A DNA stretch of 64,000 nucleotides, from positions 896,001 to 960,000 of the forward strand of contig CAWETU010000001.1 in assembly GCA_963812135.1 (NCBI GenBank), given 5' to 3'. A program made the translations under genes and the position numbers. The notes under the pieces were generated by a model that saw only the letters and a list, made by a program, of their open reading frames with translations, did not search any database and was not told where the DNA came from. Shown one piece after another: positions 18,880-28,011 of this stretch; position 1 is the first letter of the stretch; every line of letters starts with the position of its first letter. Source of the stretch: Vulcanimicrobiota bacterium. GTDB taxonomy: Bacteria; Vulcanimicrobiota; Vulcanimicrobiia; Eremiobacterales; Eremiobacteraceae.

Positions 18880-18913
18880 GCGCCAACGTTGAAGGCGCAG
18901 GGGCGACGGCCCT

Positions 18914-20005
18914 TTAGTCGGCTAACCGGAAGCCGATGTGGTTGGCCGAGCTGCTCGGCTCGGTCTGATTGCGACCGCCAACTTCGTAGCGCGAGCAGAA
19001 CTGGTCGGTGCACAAGAATGAGCCGCCGCGCACGGAGCGCTTCGGCACGCCCGGCTCTTGCGGATCGTAGCTGTCGGCCGGCCCCTTCGGATTAACGGCC
19101 ACGCCGCCGGCTGCCGCGAGTTGCTGGTAGTAGTCCGCGCGATACCAGTCGGACGTCCACTCCCACACGTTGCCGGACATATCGTACAATCCATAACCGT
19201 TTGGCTTGTATGAACCAACGCGCGTGGTGGTGGGATGGTTGTGCGGCGCGGTGCTCTTATCCGGAAAATGGCCGACGTACGTGTTGGCCATGGATTTCCC
19301 GTTCGGTGCGAACTGCGTGCCCCACGCGTAGGTCAGGCAATCCAACCCACCGCGCTCGGCGAATTCGTATTCCGCCTCGGTCGGCAGCCGCTTGCCGGCC
19401 CACTTCGCATATGTTTGAGCGTCCTCGAACGCGATCTGCACGACCGGGTAATCGCCTTTGCCGTCGATCGTGCTGCCCGGGCCATCGGGATGACGCCAGT
19501 TCGCACCGGGCACATAGCGCCACCATTGCGAGTCGTCGTTGAGCTCGACCGGATGTTTCGGCGGCGTGAAGACAAGCGACCCGGGGACGAGCTTGTCCGG
19601 CGGCGCGTCAGGAAAATCTTTCTGCAGCGGCTTGCGTTCCGCGACGGTCACGTAGTGCGTCGCGCGCACGAAGCGCGCGAACTGATCGTTGGTCACCACG
19701 GTAGGCGCGATCCAGAAACCGCTCACCCGCACGCGATGCCAGGGCCGCGCATCCGCGAACTTCGGATCGTTCGAACCCATCGAGAACTCGCCGCCGGCGA
19801 TCCATATCATGCCGGCGTGCGCTTTCGGATCCTGCGCTGCCTGACGAGAAAACGCGCTTGGCTCGCACTTCGAGCCGTCCGCGGCGGGTGAAGAGAACAT
19901 CCCCTGAGCCGGTGCGCTTGCGACTGTGGGTTTGGCGCACGATACGGCGAGGACACCCGTGATGACGAGCAGCGCGACGCACCGGGACTGGCAGGGCAGG
20001 ATCAT
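18914..20005 (-). CDS. Formylglycine-generating enzyme (SUMF1/FGE-sulfatase) family lipoprotein
   Basis: 'RLPTEAEYEFA', 'GLYDMSGNVWEW', 'RGGSFLCTDQFCSRY', 'HIGFR'. Confidence 0.9.
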   Translation of the reverse strand: MILPCQSRCVALLVITGVLAVSCAKPTVASAPAQGMFSSPAADGSKCEPSAFSRQAAQDPKAHAGMIWIAGGEFSMGSNDPKFADARPWHRVRVSGFWIAPTVVTNDQFARFVRATHYVTVAERKPLQKDFPDAPPDKLVPGSLVFTPPKHPVELNDDSQWWRYVPGANWRHPDGPGSTIDGKGDYPVVQIAFEDAQTYAKWAGKRLPTEAEYEFAERGGLDCLTYAWGTQFAPNGKSMANTYVGHFPDKSTAPHNHPTTTRVGSYKPNGYGLYDMSGNVWEWTSDWYRADYYQQLAAAGGVAVNPKGPADSYDPQEPGVPKRSVRGGSFLCTDQFCSRYEVGGRNQTEPSSSANHIGFRLAD

Positions 20006-20006
20006 C

Positions 20007-20684
20007 TCATTTAGGAGGCCGGATCAGCATGTCGGACGTATTTGCGATTCTCTTCATCACAAGGGAGATCGTGGATACGAGCTTCGAGCGCCTATCGATA
20101 CACGTCTGAAGTCGTTGTGAAGTCGTTTCGCTCATCTCATTTAGCTTGTCATACTGCAGTTTCAACTGCGCGGCCGTTGGCGGTAGATTACCGGCGGGAC
20201 TCGGTGAAGGACTGACATTTTTCGCCGCATTCGCCGCAAGGGCATTTACCTGGTTCATCTGTTCGCGCAACTGCTGCTTCGCCGCGTCCTGTGCTTTCAC
20301 TTGGTCCATGATGTTCTTGAGGTCCTGGTCCATATCGTTTGTGGCTTGCATCATGACGATGAACGCGAGCTCTTCGATGTCGCCGCCCGAGAGATTCATG
20401 CCCGCGAGCATCGGATCGGTCGGACTTGGCCAGTTGAGACCGTCAGTCTGACCGAGGCTTATGCTCCGCGCCTCTTGGGAGATCCATGGCATGAGCCTGG
20501 GCGGGACCCGGGTGATGAGCTTCGAGTACAGTTGGTTCGCGCCCGCTGGCACAGGCAAGGGCGACACCATTGATGCCGCCGGCGCCGCTTGGAGCATTTG
20601 CGAGCTGGTCGCGGCCCCGGCGATCGGGGAGCTCACGAGCGACACAAAAATCGCGGCTGCGAACAAGGCGATCAGGAGGCGCAT
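20007..20684 (-). CDS. Hypothetical secreted coiled-coil protein
   Basis: Signal peptide; helical 'DIEELAFIVMMQA..DLKNIM' and C-terminal 'RLQ...RRSK..STIS..MKRI..T'. Confidence 0.7.
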   Translation of the reverse strand: MRLLIALFAAAIFVSLVSSPIAGAATSSQMLQAAPAASMVSPLPVPAGANQLYSKLITRVPPRLMPWISQEARSISLGQTDGLNWPSPTDPMLAGMNLSGGDIEELAFIVMMQATNDMDQDLKNIMDQVKAQDAAKQQLREQMNQVNALAANAAKNVSPSPSPAGNLPPTAAQLKLQYDKLNEMSETTSQRLQTCIDRRSKLVSTISLVMKRIANTSDMLIRPPK

Positions 20685-20704
20685 GATCGTATCTCCGATT
20701 CACA

Positions 20705-21112
20705 TCACGAGAACTTGATTCCCGCCTTTTGCACTTCTCGATTCGGCAAGAGCCAGACGAGCGATTCGTCGTGCAGGTCGACCACTTGGATGCGGTTGCC
20801 GAACGGATCGAGGAAGTCACAACGGAAGCCAGCGATCAGCTTGATCCCGTATTTCTTCGTCAGCTTGTCGCGCACTTCGGCGATCTGCGCTTCGTCGCGC
20901 ACCATAAGCCCGAAATGGCGCGTGCGGTCGGGCTTCATCGTCGCGACTTCGAACATCGCCAAGAACTGGTGCTCGCCGAGCTGGAAGAAGGCGTCGCCCT
21001 CGCCTTCATCTTTCTTCTTGAGGCCGAACACGTCTTCATAGAAGGCCACCGCCTGTTTGATATCGGTGACCTCGATGGCGATGTGGTTGATCCCGTAGAC
21101 GCGGACGCTCAC
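20705..21112 (-). CDS. VOC (glyoxalase/bleomycin resistance) family protein
   Basis: 'INHIAIEVTD...AFYEDVFG', 'HFGL', 'DPFGNRIQ'. Confidence 0.9.
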   Translation of the reverse strand: MSVRVYGINHIAIEVTDIKQAVAFYEDVFGLKKKDEGEGDAFFQLGEHQFLAMFEVATMKPDRTRHFGLMVRDEAQIAEVRDKLTKKYGIKLIAGFRCDFLDPFGNRIQVVDLHDESLVWLLPNREVQKAGIKFS

Positions 21113-21453
21113 GCCGGTGCGGTGGTGCTGCTGTCGCGATTGCGTTGCGCGCGCGCTGCGACCGCGTTATAGATCACCGCGAACAGCGCGCCGGCGAGAC
21201 CGGCGATAACGATGCCGGCTAGCCAGTGCAATGGGAAGGCGAATATGGAATGTGCGAAGTGATGAGGCTGCATCGCACCGCCCATGCCTGGACCCATGCC
21301 GGGGCCGCCCATCGGGGCCATCCGGTGGTGGACAAAGCCGAAGGCGAAACCGAAAAGTCCGCGCAGAAACGCGAGGGCGGCCAGAGCGACGGCCATGCCG
21401 GCCGGACTGAGGACCAAAAAGCGAGCTGGGACGTTTAGTTGCGGGTTTTGCAT
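21109..21453 (-). CDS. Small hypothetical membrane protein with Met/Gly/His-rich loop
   Basis: AGGAG RBS before ATG 21453; two TM segments; GTGA overlap with the VOC gene. Confidence 0.65.
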   Translation of the reverse strand: MQNPQLNVPARFLVLSPAGMAVALAALAFLRGLFGFAFGFVHHRMAPMGGPGMGPGMGGAMQPHHFAHSIFAFPLHWLAGIVIAGLAGALFAVIYNAVAARAQRNRDSSTTAPA

Positions 21454-21616
21454 CGTGTTGAGTCTCCTCTGCCGTCTTATTCTACGCGAAGGCGTTTGGT
21501 TTTTCCGGTGGGGATGGGCCCCAAGCGGCCAAGCGTTCGCGCCAGCGCTCAAGGGACTTTCCCAACGCTTTTTCATGTAATTATGATAGTATTGGGTCAG
21601 AAAAATGGGGGTAATC

Positions 21617-23548
21617 ATGCCTCGCACCGCCCGGCTCGCTCTGATCGCGGCCACCCTGAGCCTCCTCGTCCCATTTGCTGCGGCCCGCGCCGACGATTAT
21701 GTCGGAGTGGCGCGGCTGAGTTTGCTCAACGGCACGGTGACGGTGCAACACGGCGACAACGGCGATACGGTCGCCGGCGCGATCAACGCGTCGCTGATGG
21801 TCGGCGACTACGTGTCGACGGGGAACGCCTCACGCACCGAAGTGCAGATCGACGATGCGAATTTCGTGCGCGTCGGGGCGGACACGCAGTTGCGCTTCAC
21901 ACGCATGGATCCCACCGACCATGTCCTTCAGCTCGCCACCGGCACGGTCGAGGTCAGCTTGCTGCGCGTCACCGACGCGCGTCCGCAGGTCGAAACGCCA
22001 TCTATCCGCATCCGGCCTGACGACGTCGGCCAATACCGCATCACCGTCACGAGCGACGGCGACACCTTATTGACGGTACGCGCTGGCCGGGCCGAGCTGC
22101 TCGCGCCCCAGGGCACGCAGACGATCTCCGCCGGCACGAGCGTGGTCATCCACGGCGCATCGTCCGACCCGAGCTATCACGTGGTCACAGCGATCGCGTA
22201 CGACGACTTCGACATGTGGAACGCGGACCGCGACCGGCTTGCACTGCGCGCCTACGCGACCACGTACGCGAGCAGCGACATCGTCGGGCTCGCTGACCTC
22301 GGCAGCTACGGACGGTGGGTTCCATCGGCGTACGGCTATGCGTGGTCGCCGTACAATCAGTTCAATTGGGCGCCATATCAATACGGCCGTTGGGCGTGGG
22401 CCCAACAGTGCGGCTGGACGTGGGTCGGTTACGAGCCGTGGGGATGGGCGCCGTATCACTACGGCCGCTGGTTCTACGCCCCAGCGTTCGGCTGGGCGTG
22501 GTATCCGGGTCCGATCTATGGCCGCTACTACTGGCAGCCCGCGCTGGTCGCGTTCTTCGACTTCGGCGGCGGCGGTTTCAATTTCGGGATCGGCAACATC
22601 GGCTGGGTGCCGCTGGCGCCGTACGAGCCCTACTATCCATATCGCAACGTGACCAACATAACCAACATCACGAATATCACCAACATCACATACATCACGC
22701 CGATACGCGACCTCCGGCATCATTTGGGCAACGCAAGATGGCCCGGCGGCATTACCGCGATCCACGCCGGCGACCTGACGAATGGTTCCAAGTACCATTA
22801 CGTGCCGGTCCATGAGGGCGATCTCGGAAATGTCGCGGTGTCACCCGGTACGCTGCCGGTGGTTCCGACGCGGGCCGGCCAACGCTTCACGAACGACAGC
22901 GGTACGACCGCAGCGATCGTGCCTGTCTCCGCGCGCTTCGGATCGATGGCGAAACCGCAACTGCAGCCGACGTTTGAGCAGCAACGTGCTGCGGTCGCGG
23001 CGGTCGCCGGACAGCTGAACGCCACGCGGACGGTCGAGACCATGCGCGTGCAGAGTCAGCCGCTCAAGACCGTCCAGTCGAACATCGTGCCAAGCGTCTG
23101 GAGCAAATTCGGTCCCACCGACGCGCAAAAGCCGGTCGGCGGCCACCCCAACGCGGGCCCGCAGAAAATCTCGTCGCTGCAAACGACTGTGACGTCGTCG
23201 ACGATCACTGCCGTGCACGCGGGCGGCACTATCGCCGCGAGTGCGAGCGCGCACGCCGACCCATCGAATGTGTGGAGCAGGTTCGCGACCAGCAATTCGC
23301 CGACGTCGGTGACCGCGCTTCACGCGCCGAGCTACATGCTGCACGCGTACCCGGCGCAGAGGCCGCAGATGGCGCCGTACTCGCCGTATCACTCGCTGAT
23401 GCCGGGCAACGGGTTCTATGCAGCCCCGAACAACGCTGGCTATCAAGCGCCGCACATCACGGCACCGGTGGTGCCGCAGCCCCCGCCGCATGTCGAGGCT
23501 CCACACCAGAGCGGCGGCAACGGCAAGAATTCGACCAAGCACAAATAG
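21617..23548 (+). CDS. FecR-domain plus DUF6600 (Trp/Pro/Tyr-rich) secreted protein
   Basis: 'VARLSLLNGTV' FecR-like N-terminus; 'WAPYQYGRW..GWTWV..EPWGWAPYHYGRW' DUF6600 pattern; NIT tripeptide repeats. Confidence 0.85.
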   Translation: MPRTARLALIAATLSLLVPFAAARADDYVGVARLSLLNGTVTVQHGDNGDTVAGAINASLMVGDYVSTGNASRTEVQIDDANFVRVGADTQLRFTRMDPTDHVLQLATGTVEVSLLRVTDARPQVETPSIRIRPDDVGQYRITVTSDGDTLLTVRAGRAELLAPQGTQTISAGTSVVIHGASSDPSYHVVTAIAYDDFDMWNADRDRLALRAYATTYASSDIVGLADLGSYGRWVPSAYGYAWSPYNQFNWAPYQYGRWAWAQQCGWTWVGYEPWGWAPYHYGRWFYAPAFGWAWYPGPIYGRYYWQPALVAFFDFGGGGFNFGIGNIGWVPLAPYEPYYPYRNVTNITNITNITNITYITPIRDLRHHLGNARWPGGITAIHAGDLTNGSKYHYVPVHEGDLGNVAVSPGTLPVVPTRAGQRFTNDSGTTAAIVPVSARFGSMAKPQLQPTFEQQRAAVAAVAGQLNATRTVETMRVQSQPLKTVQSNIVPSVWSKFGPTDAQKPVGGHPNAGPQKISSLQTTVTSSTITAVHAGGTIAASASAHADPSNVWSRFATSNSPTSVTALHAPSYMLHAYPAQRPQMAPYSPYHSLMPGNGFYAAPNNAGYQAPHITAPVVPQPPPHVEAPHQSGGNGKNSTKHK

Positions 23549-23572
23549 CGCGCCAAGGTCCGCGCTCGCCCG

Positions 23573-25084
23573 TTGCGTAATCGAGCCGCCGTGAGAAGTC
23601 CGGCTAGTTACGCATTGCTCGCGGTTGCGCTTGGCGTCCTCGCGGGTTGCGGCGGCGGCTCATCAGGCATGCCCGGCGGCGGACCCACTCCGCCTCCGCC
23701 GACCCCTGGCCCGATTCAAGCCGTACGCATCAGCTCCGACCCATTCGTCAATGGGTCTAGCCAGCACGCGACCGAGGTCGAGCCTCATGTGGTCGCGTCA
23801 GGGATGACGCTGGTCGCGGCTCTTCAACAGGGACGCTTTCCCGCGGCCGGTTCGTCCGACATCGGTTTTGCGACATCGATAAATGGCGGCCTCACGTGGA
23901 CGGCCGGTTCGCTGCCGGGCACGACCACGAACTCGACGCCGGCCGGACCCTACGACAGCGTGAGCGATCCAAGCGTGGCGTTTGACGCGAAGCACGGCCT
24001 CTGGCTGATGTCATCGTTGCCGATCTTGTTCAGCAACGCGCCGACTCCGGCAGTGCTCGTCAACCGTTCAACCGACGGCATCACCTGGGGCAACCCCGTT
24101 TCCATCGCGCTGGGTCAGGTCAGCACCGACAAAGATTGGATCGTCTGCGACAGCAATCTCGGCAGCCCGCACTACGGCAACTGTTATGTCGAGTGGGATG
24201 ACCCAAGCGCCAACGACCTCATCCACATGAGCACGTCGAGCGATGGCGGTGTCACCTGGAGCGCGCCCGCGAATACGGCGGACAATGCGACCGGCATCGG
24301 CGGCCAACCGCTCGTGCAACCGAACGGCACGGTGATCGTCCCGATCAACGACGCCTTTCAGGCCAACATGCTTTCGTTCAGATCGACGGACGGCGGCGCG
24401 ACGTGGTCTTCAACGGTTTCCTTCGGAATCGCAAACCATCTCGTGGGCGGCGGCATGCGCACCAGTCCGTTGCCATCAGCTGCGATGGACGCAAGCGGCA
24501 AAGTGTATCTCGCGTGGCAGGATTGCACTTTCCGATTGGGCTGCACTTCGAACGACATTGTGATCAGGACGACGATGGACGGCGTGAGCTGGTCTGCGCT
24601 CGCGCGAGTTCCCATCGACGCAACCAGCAGTACCGTCGATCACTTCATCCCGGGCATCGGCATCGACCCGACCACCAGTGGCGCCGGCGCGCACATCGGC
24701 CTCACCTATTATTACTATCCGGACGCTGGCTGTTCCACGGCTTGTCAGCTGTTCGTGGGGTTCGTCGGGTCGACGGACGGCGGCGCGACGTGGACCTCTC
24801 CGCAGACGCTTGCCGGACCCATGGCGTTGTCGTGGCTCGCGCAAACCACGCAGGGACCGATGGTGGGCGACTACATCGCGACCGCGTTTTCGGGCGGCCA
24901 GCCGATCGGAGTGTTCGCAATCGCGAACCCGAAGGGCGTCTTCTTCGACGAAGGGATGTACGTGCCGAAGCCAGGTTTCTTGACGCTCCACTCCGCGGCG
25001 ATGCGCGCCTCTGTCGGCGAGCGGCCGGTCCGCGGCGCTCATTCCGATCACGGGCCACCGGGACTGCCGATCCGGATTCGCTAG
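23573..25084 (+). CDS. Sialidase/BNR (Asp-box) repeat lipoprotein
   Basis: Lipobox LAGC; several SxDGGxTW Asp boxes; 'DKDWIVCD', 'VGDY'; start may be GTG 23591. Confidence 0.85.
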   Translation: MRNRAAVRSPASYALLAVALGVLAGCGGGSSGMPGGGPTPPPPTPGPIQAVRISSDPFVNGSSQHATEVEPHVVASGMTLVAALQQGRFPAAGSSDIGFATSINGGLTWTAGSLPGTTTNSTPAGPYDSVSDPSVAFDAKHGLWLMSSLPILFSNAPTPAVLVNRSTDGITWGNPVSIALGQVSTDKDWIVCDSNLGSPHYGNCYVEWDDPSANDLIHMSTSSDGGVTWSAPANTADNATGIGGQPLVQPNGTVIVPINDAFQANMLSFRSTDGGATWSSTVSFGIANHLVGGGMRTSPLPSAAMDASGKVYLAWQDCTFRLGCTSNDIVIRTTMDGVSWSALARVPIDATSSTVDHFIPGIGIDPTTSGAGAHIGLTYYYYPDAGCSTACQLFVGFVGSTDGGATWTSPQTLAGPMALSWLAQTTQGPMVGDYIATAFSGGQPIGVFAIANPKGVFFDEGMYVPKPGFLTLHSAAMRASVGERPVRGAHSDHGPPGLPIRIR

Positions 25085-25809
25085 CTCTTCGGCGTCGCTT
25101 TGAAGCGCGCGAGCGGGAAACCGCCGCCGTACAGATTGAGCATGCCGTGGTCGAAGTTGAAGGTTTGGACTTGCTCCAACGCTTTGGTGAACGCCGACTC
25201 GACCGTCGCGCCCTCGGCGCAGGCCATGCGCGTCATCGCAAGCGGCGAGAACTTCAGCGAGCTGCCTGTCTGCGTGTAGGTGCCCGCGAGCCGGTTGCAA
25301 CCGGTCGACCCAGACACGTGATGCCCCGTCTCGTCGAACGTCAGCGTCGGCGCCGGCGACGTCGCCGACTTGGAGAGATGTTGGCCGCGCAACTCGGTCA
25401 GCACCCAGGTGTTGCTGTCGAGGGTCATGAGGGAAAGGTTCTTGTTCGCCGTCGTCTTGATCTCATTGCCGGAGCGGTCCAAGACGCGTAGCGTGCGCGG
25501 ATTGGCGAGCGCGAAATACTGCGGCGCCCCATACGGCGACTTCAGCTCGACCCTGGACGTCGCGCTATCGAATGACCAGGAACCCTTGTAGACGACATCG
25601 GGGACGTCGCGCAAGAGGTAGTGCAGGTCGAGGACGTACTTGCCATCCGCACCGAGCGTCAGCGTTGTGCGCGTGCCGGCGCAATCAGCACAGGGCATCG
25701 TGCCGGCGAACGTCGCGGGCAGCGCGAACGGGGGCGCTGATGCAGCGCTCGCACGCGCCGCGCACAGCAACACAAAAACCGCGAGTAGTTCAAGCAAGCC
25801 TCGACGCAT
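25081..25809 (-). CDS. NlpE N-terminal plus META (HslJ) domain protein
   Basis: 'GTMPCADCAG' NlpE motif; 'GSTGCNR', 'MTRMAC' META motifs. Confidence 0.88.
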   Translation of the reverse strand: MRRGLLELLAVFVLLCAARASAASAPPFALPATFAGTMPCADCAGTRTTLTLGADGKYVLDLHYLLRDVPDVVYKGSWSFDSATSRVELKSPYGAPQYFALANPRTLRVLDRSGNEIKTTANKNLSLMTLDSNTWVLTELRGQHLSKSATSPAPTLTFDETGHHVSGSTGCNRLAGTYTQTGSSLKFSPLAMTRMACAEGATVESAFTKALEQVQTFNFDHGMLNLYGGGFPLARFKATPKS

Positions 25810-25826
25810 GGCGTATCCCCTCCGAA

Positions 25827-25850
25827 CGGTCGAGTAAACTCGACCGCTAC
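25827..25850 (-). repeat. REP-like palindrome copy 1 (GTAG-CGGTCGAGT-TT-ACTCGACCG), intergenic
   Basis: Perfect 9-bp stem preceded by GTAG; matches six other copies. Confidence 0.85.
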
Positions 25851-25854
25851 ATTC

Positions 25855-26766
25855 TTACGGAGAGAGCTTGAAGCCTTGGATGAAATCGCCCGCCGGCGTC
25901 GCCCAAACCGTCCAGAAGTTTCCCGTTTGGGAATCCACGCCGACGGTGTACACGCCGTTGACGACCTGCTGCGTCGCGATGAGATCGACCGAGGAGCCCG
26001 AGTCATGGAAGATGTTGACCCTGCCATGGCCCGCACACGCGAGGTTATGATGGGCGGGGTCGAGATTGCATTGGTCGTAGAAATTGTCGATTTTGGTGGT
26101 CCAGAGCAGCGTGCCGCTCAAATCGTACGTCATGAGCAAACCGCCGCGTCCCGAGACGTACACGTGGCCGAGCGCCGCGTCCAGCTGCAGGGGATGGTTG
26201 TGCTCGATGCCGGGTGTCGGCACTGCTTTCACGACCACGAGCGATTTTGGATCGATGATCACGAACTCGTTGAGATTGTCGATGTTCTGATAAATCTTGT
26301 GCGTCGCAGGGTCGATCGCCAAGAATTCCGGCTTGTGGCCGGGCAACGCCACCACGCCGATCTGCTTCAGATCCGCGCCGCTCGTCTCGATTACGAACAT
26401 GCGCGTTCCGTCGTCCTCGTCTGCGTAGATGCGATGCAACTGCGGATCGTACGCGATCGCGTCGACGGGGCCATCGACATCCACGGAGCGCAGCTCTTTC
26501 ATCCCGACCGGATCGACCTCCGACACGCTGCGCGCGTCGCCATTGCCCGTGAAGACATGTCCGGTCACGGGATCCACCGCCACGCCGTGTAGTGGGCCTA
26601 CGCGCACTTGGCCAAGCACCTGGCTGGTGTCCGCGTTCACGATGAGCAGCGCTTGGCTGCCCTCGTGCGCGGCGTAGACGCGGCGGCGTTGCGCGTCCAC
26701 GGTGACGTAGTCAAAGCCGCTGAAAATCGGTACAGAGGCGGGCGGAGCGACGGGCACGATGAGCAT
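25855..26766 (-). CDS. YncE-like beta-propeller protein
   Basis: 'GFDYVTVD..RRRVY', 'HGVAV', 'DAIAYDP', 'PEFLAID' blade repeats. Confidence 0.85.
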   Translation of the reverse strand: MLIVPVAPPASVPIFSGFDYVTVDAQRRRVYAAHEGSQALLIVNADTSQVLGQVRVGPLHGVAVDPVTGHVFTGNGDARSVSEVDPVGMKELRSVDVDGPVDAIAYDPQLHRIYADEDDGTRMFVIETSGADLKQIGVVALPGHKPEFLAIDPATHKIYQNIDNLNEFVIIDPKSLVVVKAVPTPGIEHNHPLQLDAALGHVYVSGRGGLLMTYDLSGTLLWTTKIDNFYDQCNLDPAHHNLACAGHGRVNIFHDSGSSVDLIATQQVVNGVYTVGVDSQTGNFWTVWATPAGDFIQGFKLSP

Positions 26767-26899
26767 GGCGGCGGTTCCTCTCTGACGGCGAAAATGTGAC
26801 CTGGGTCAACCTGGGGAATCAGGCGCTCGAAGCGTGACTAATGCCACGCCGATAGGGGCATTTAGCGCTTAGGAATGCGTCTGTAGGAGTATTCGGGCA

Positions 26900-27154
26900 T
26901 TGTTGCAGTGGATAGTTGTGCTCGTCGTTGCGTATTGTGCGTACCGCTGGGCCGGTGGCTGGCCAGTCGCGGCAGGCGTGATTGTCTTATACGTGATCGG
27001 ATCGTATCTGTATCGGAAATCTCGCGAGCATTCGGAACGCGTCAAAGCCGCGCTCATCGTGAGCATGCCGCTGTCCGATGCTGAAAAAATCCACATGGAG
27101 AGCATGCAAGAGCGCAACCAGCGGCTTGCGCAGCGCCAGAGCGGGAAGCGCTGA
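26900..27154 (+). CDS. Small hypothetical membrane protein
   Basis: AGGAG RBS upstream of TTG; two TM helices and a basic tail. Confidence 0.55.
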   Translation: MLQWIVVLVVAYCAYRWAGGWPVAAGVIVLYVIGSYLYRKSREHSERVKAALIVSMPLSDAEKIHMESMQERNQRLAQRQSGKR

Positions 27155-27158
27155 CCTC

Positions 27159-27593
27159 TTAGCCGGCAGCGGCGGCAACCTTGGGCGCCTTCTTCCAGGC
27201 CCCGTGCAGCGCACCCAGGATGACGAGCCCGAAAACGACATAGCCGGCGTTTATCGCCCACAGAATGACAGGATGGCCTTCGTGCAGGGTTCCCGTCAGC
27301 ATCGTCGTCGCAAAGAACAGCAAACCGAAGAAGATCCCGAACTCGACGCCGTGCTTGGCCGTGCGGTTGTCGTCGTGGCTGAGCGCGATTGCAACGCCGA
27401 ACGACAAGAGCATCGCCATCACGAACGACACGATGTATGGGATCGGGTCTTTGGGATTGAGGTTTGCGGCCATCGGACCGATCGCGATAAGCCATTTTTG
27501 CCCGAAGAGGACGCCGTACCAGAGCCAGCCCCATGCGAAATATAAGATGCCGCCGACGATGACGGCGAGCCAATTGATACGGTCGATCGGCAT
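27159..27593 (-). CDS. DUF1761 domain membrane protein
   Basis: 'INWLAVIVG..WGWLWYG.LFG..W', 'INAGY' patterns; GGAGG RBS. Confidence 0.85.
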   Translation of the reverse strand: MPIDRINWLAVIVGGILYFAWGWLWYGVLFGQKWLIAIGPMAANLNPKDPIPYIVSFVMAMLLSFGVAIALSHDDNRTAKHGVEFGIFFGLLFFATTMLTGTLHEGHPVILWAINAGYVVFGLVILGALHGAWKKAPKVAAAAG

Positions 27594-27680
27594 TGCAGAT
27601 CCCTCCAGCGACGCTTGCAAAGCGCCGTGAGCGTGTCGGTTTGACCGTCACATGGCTCGGGCCCTGTTCGCCGCTGGTGC

Positions 27681-27866
27681 CTATGGCGCGACCGCCTGGC
27701 TGAAATCAAACGCGTTCTGCAGGCCGTTGGCATGCGCGTCGCGCTGCCGATTGTTCGAGTCCGGGAACTTGCCGTACAGGACCGTCTTAGCTCCAATTCT
27801 TCTGATAGACGACGACGACGTGGTTGATCACAAAAGTAGAGCGGCGAGTATGATTATGCGCTTCAT
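27681..27866 (-). pseudogene. Collapsed remnant of a phosphoesterase/acid phosphatase (PF04185/AcpA-like) gene
   Basis: Signal peptide MKRIIILAALLL*, frameshifted 'INHVVVVYQKNWS*DG/LYGKFP' and C-terminal 'QRDAHANGLQNAFDFSQ' within 186 bp. Confidence 0.65.
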
Positions 27867-28011
27867 GGTTCAAGCATAACCCACGCACCGTTATCGCCTG
27901 GTTAAGGATGCGGAGGATGCCGCCGGACCCCGCGGGAAGCGAAACGCACACCGGGACGGGAGGGCCGCGCCAATCGGAACCGTCTCCGCATTCGCGCTAT
28001 CTCGAGAAAGC

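Noticed and set aside
22645..22700. NIT tripeptide repeats, and Pro/Thr repeats in TonB and TPR linkers, as DNA repeat elements
   Set aside because: Synonymous variation shows these are protein-level low-complexity linkers common in these families.
27975..27985. CGGAACCGTCT shared with 53820-53830 as an ECF sigma -35 element
   Set aside because: No common -10 element at proper spacing; two short matches could be chance.
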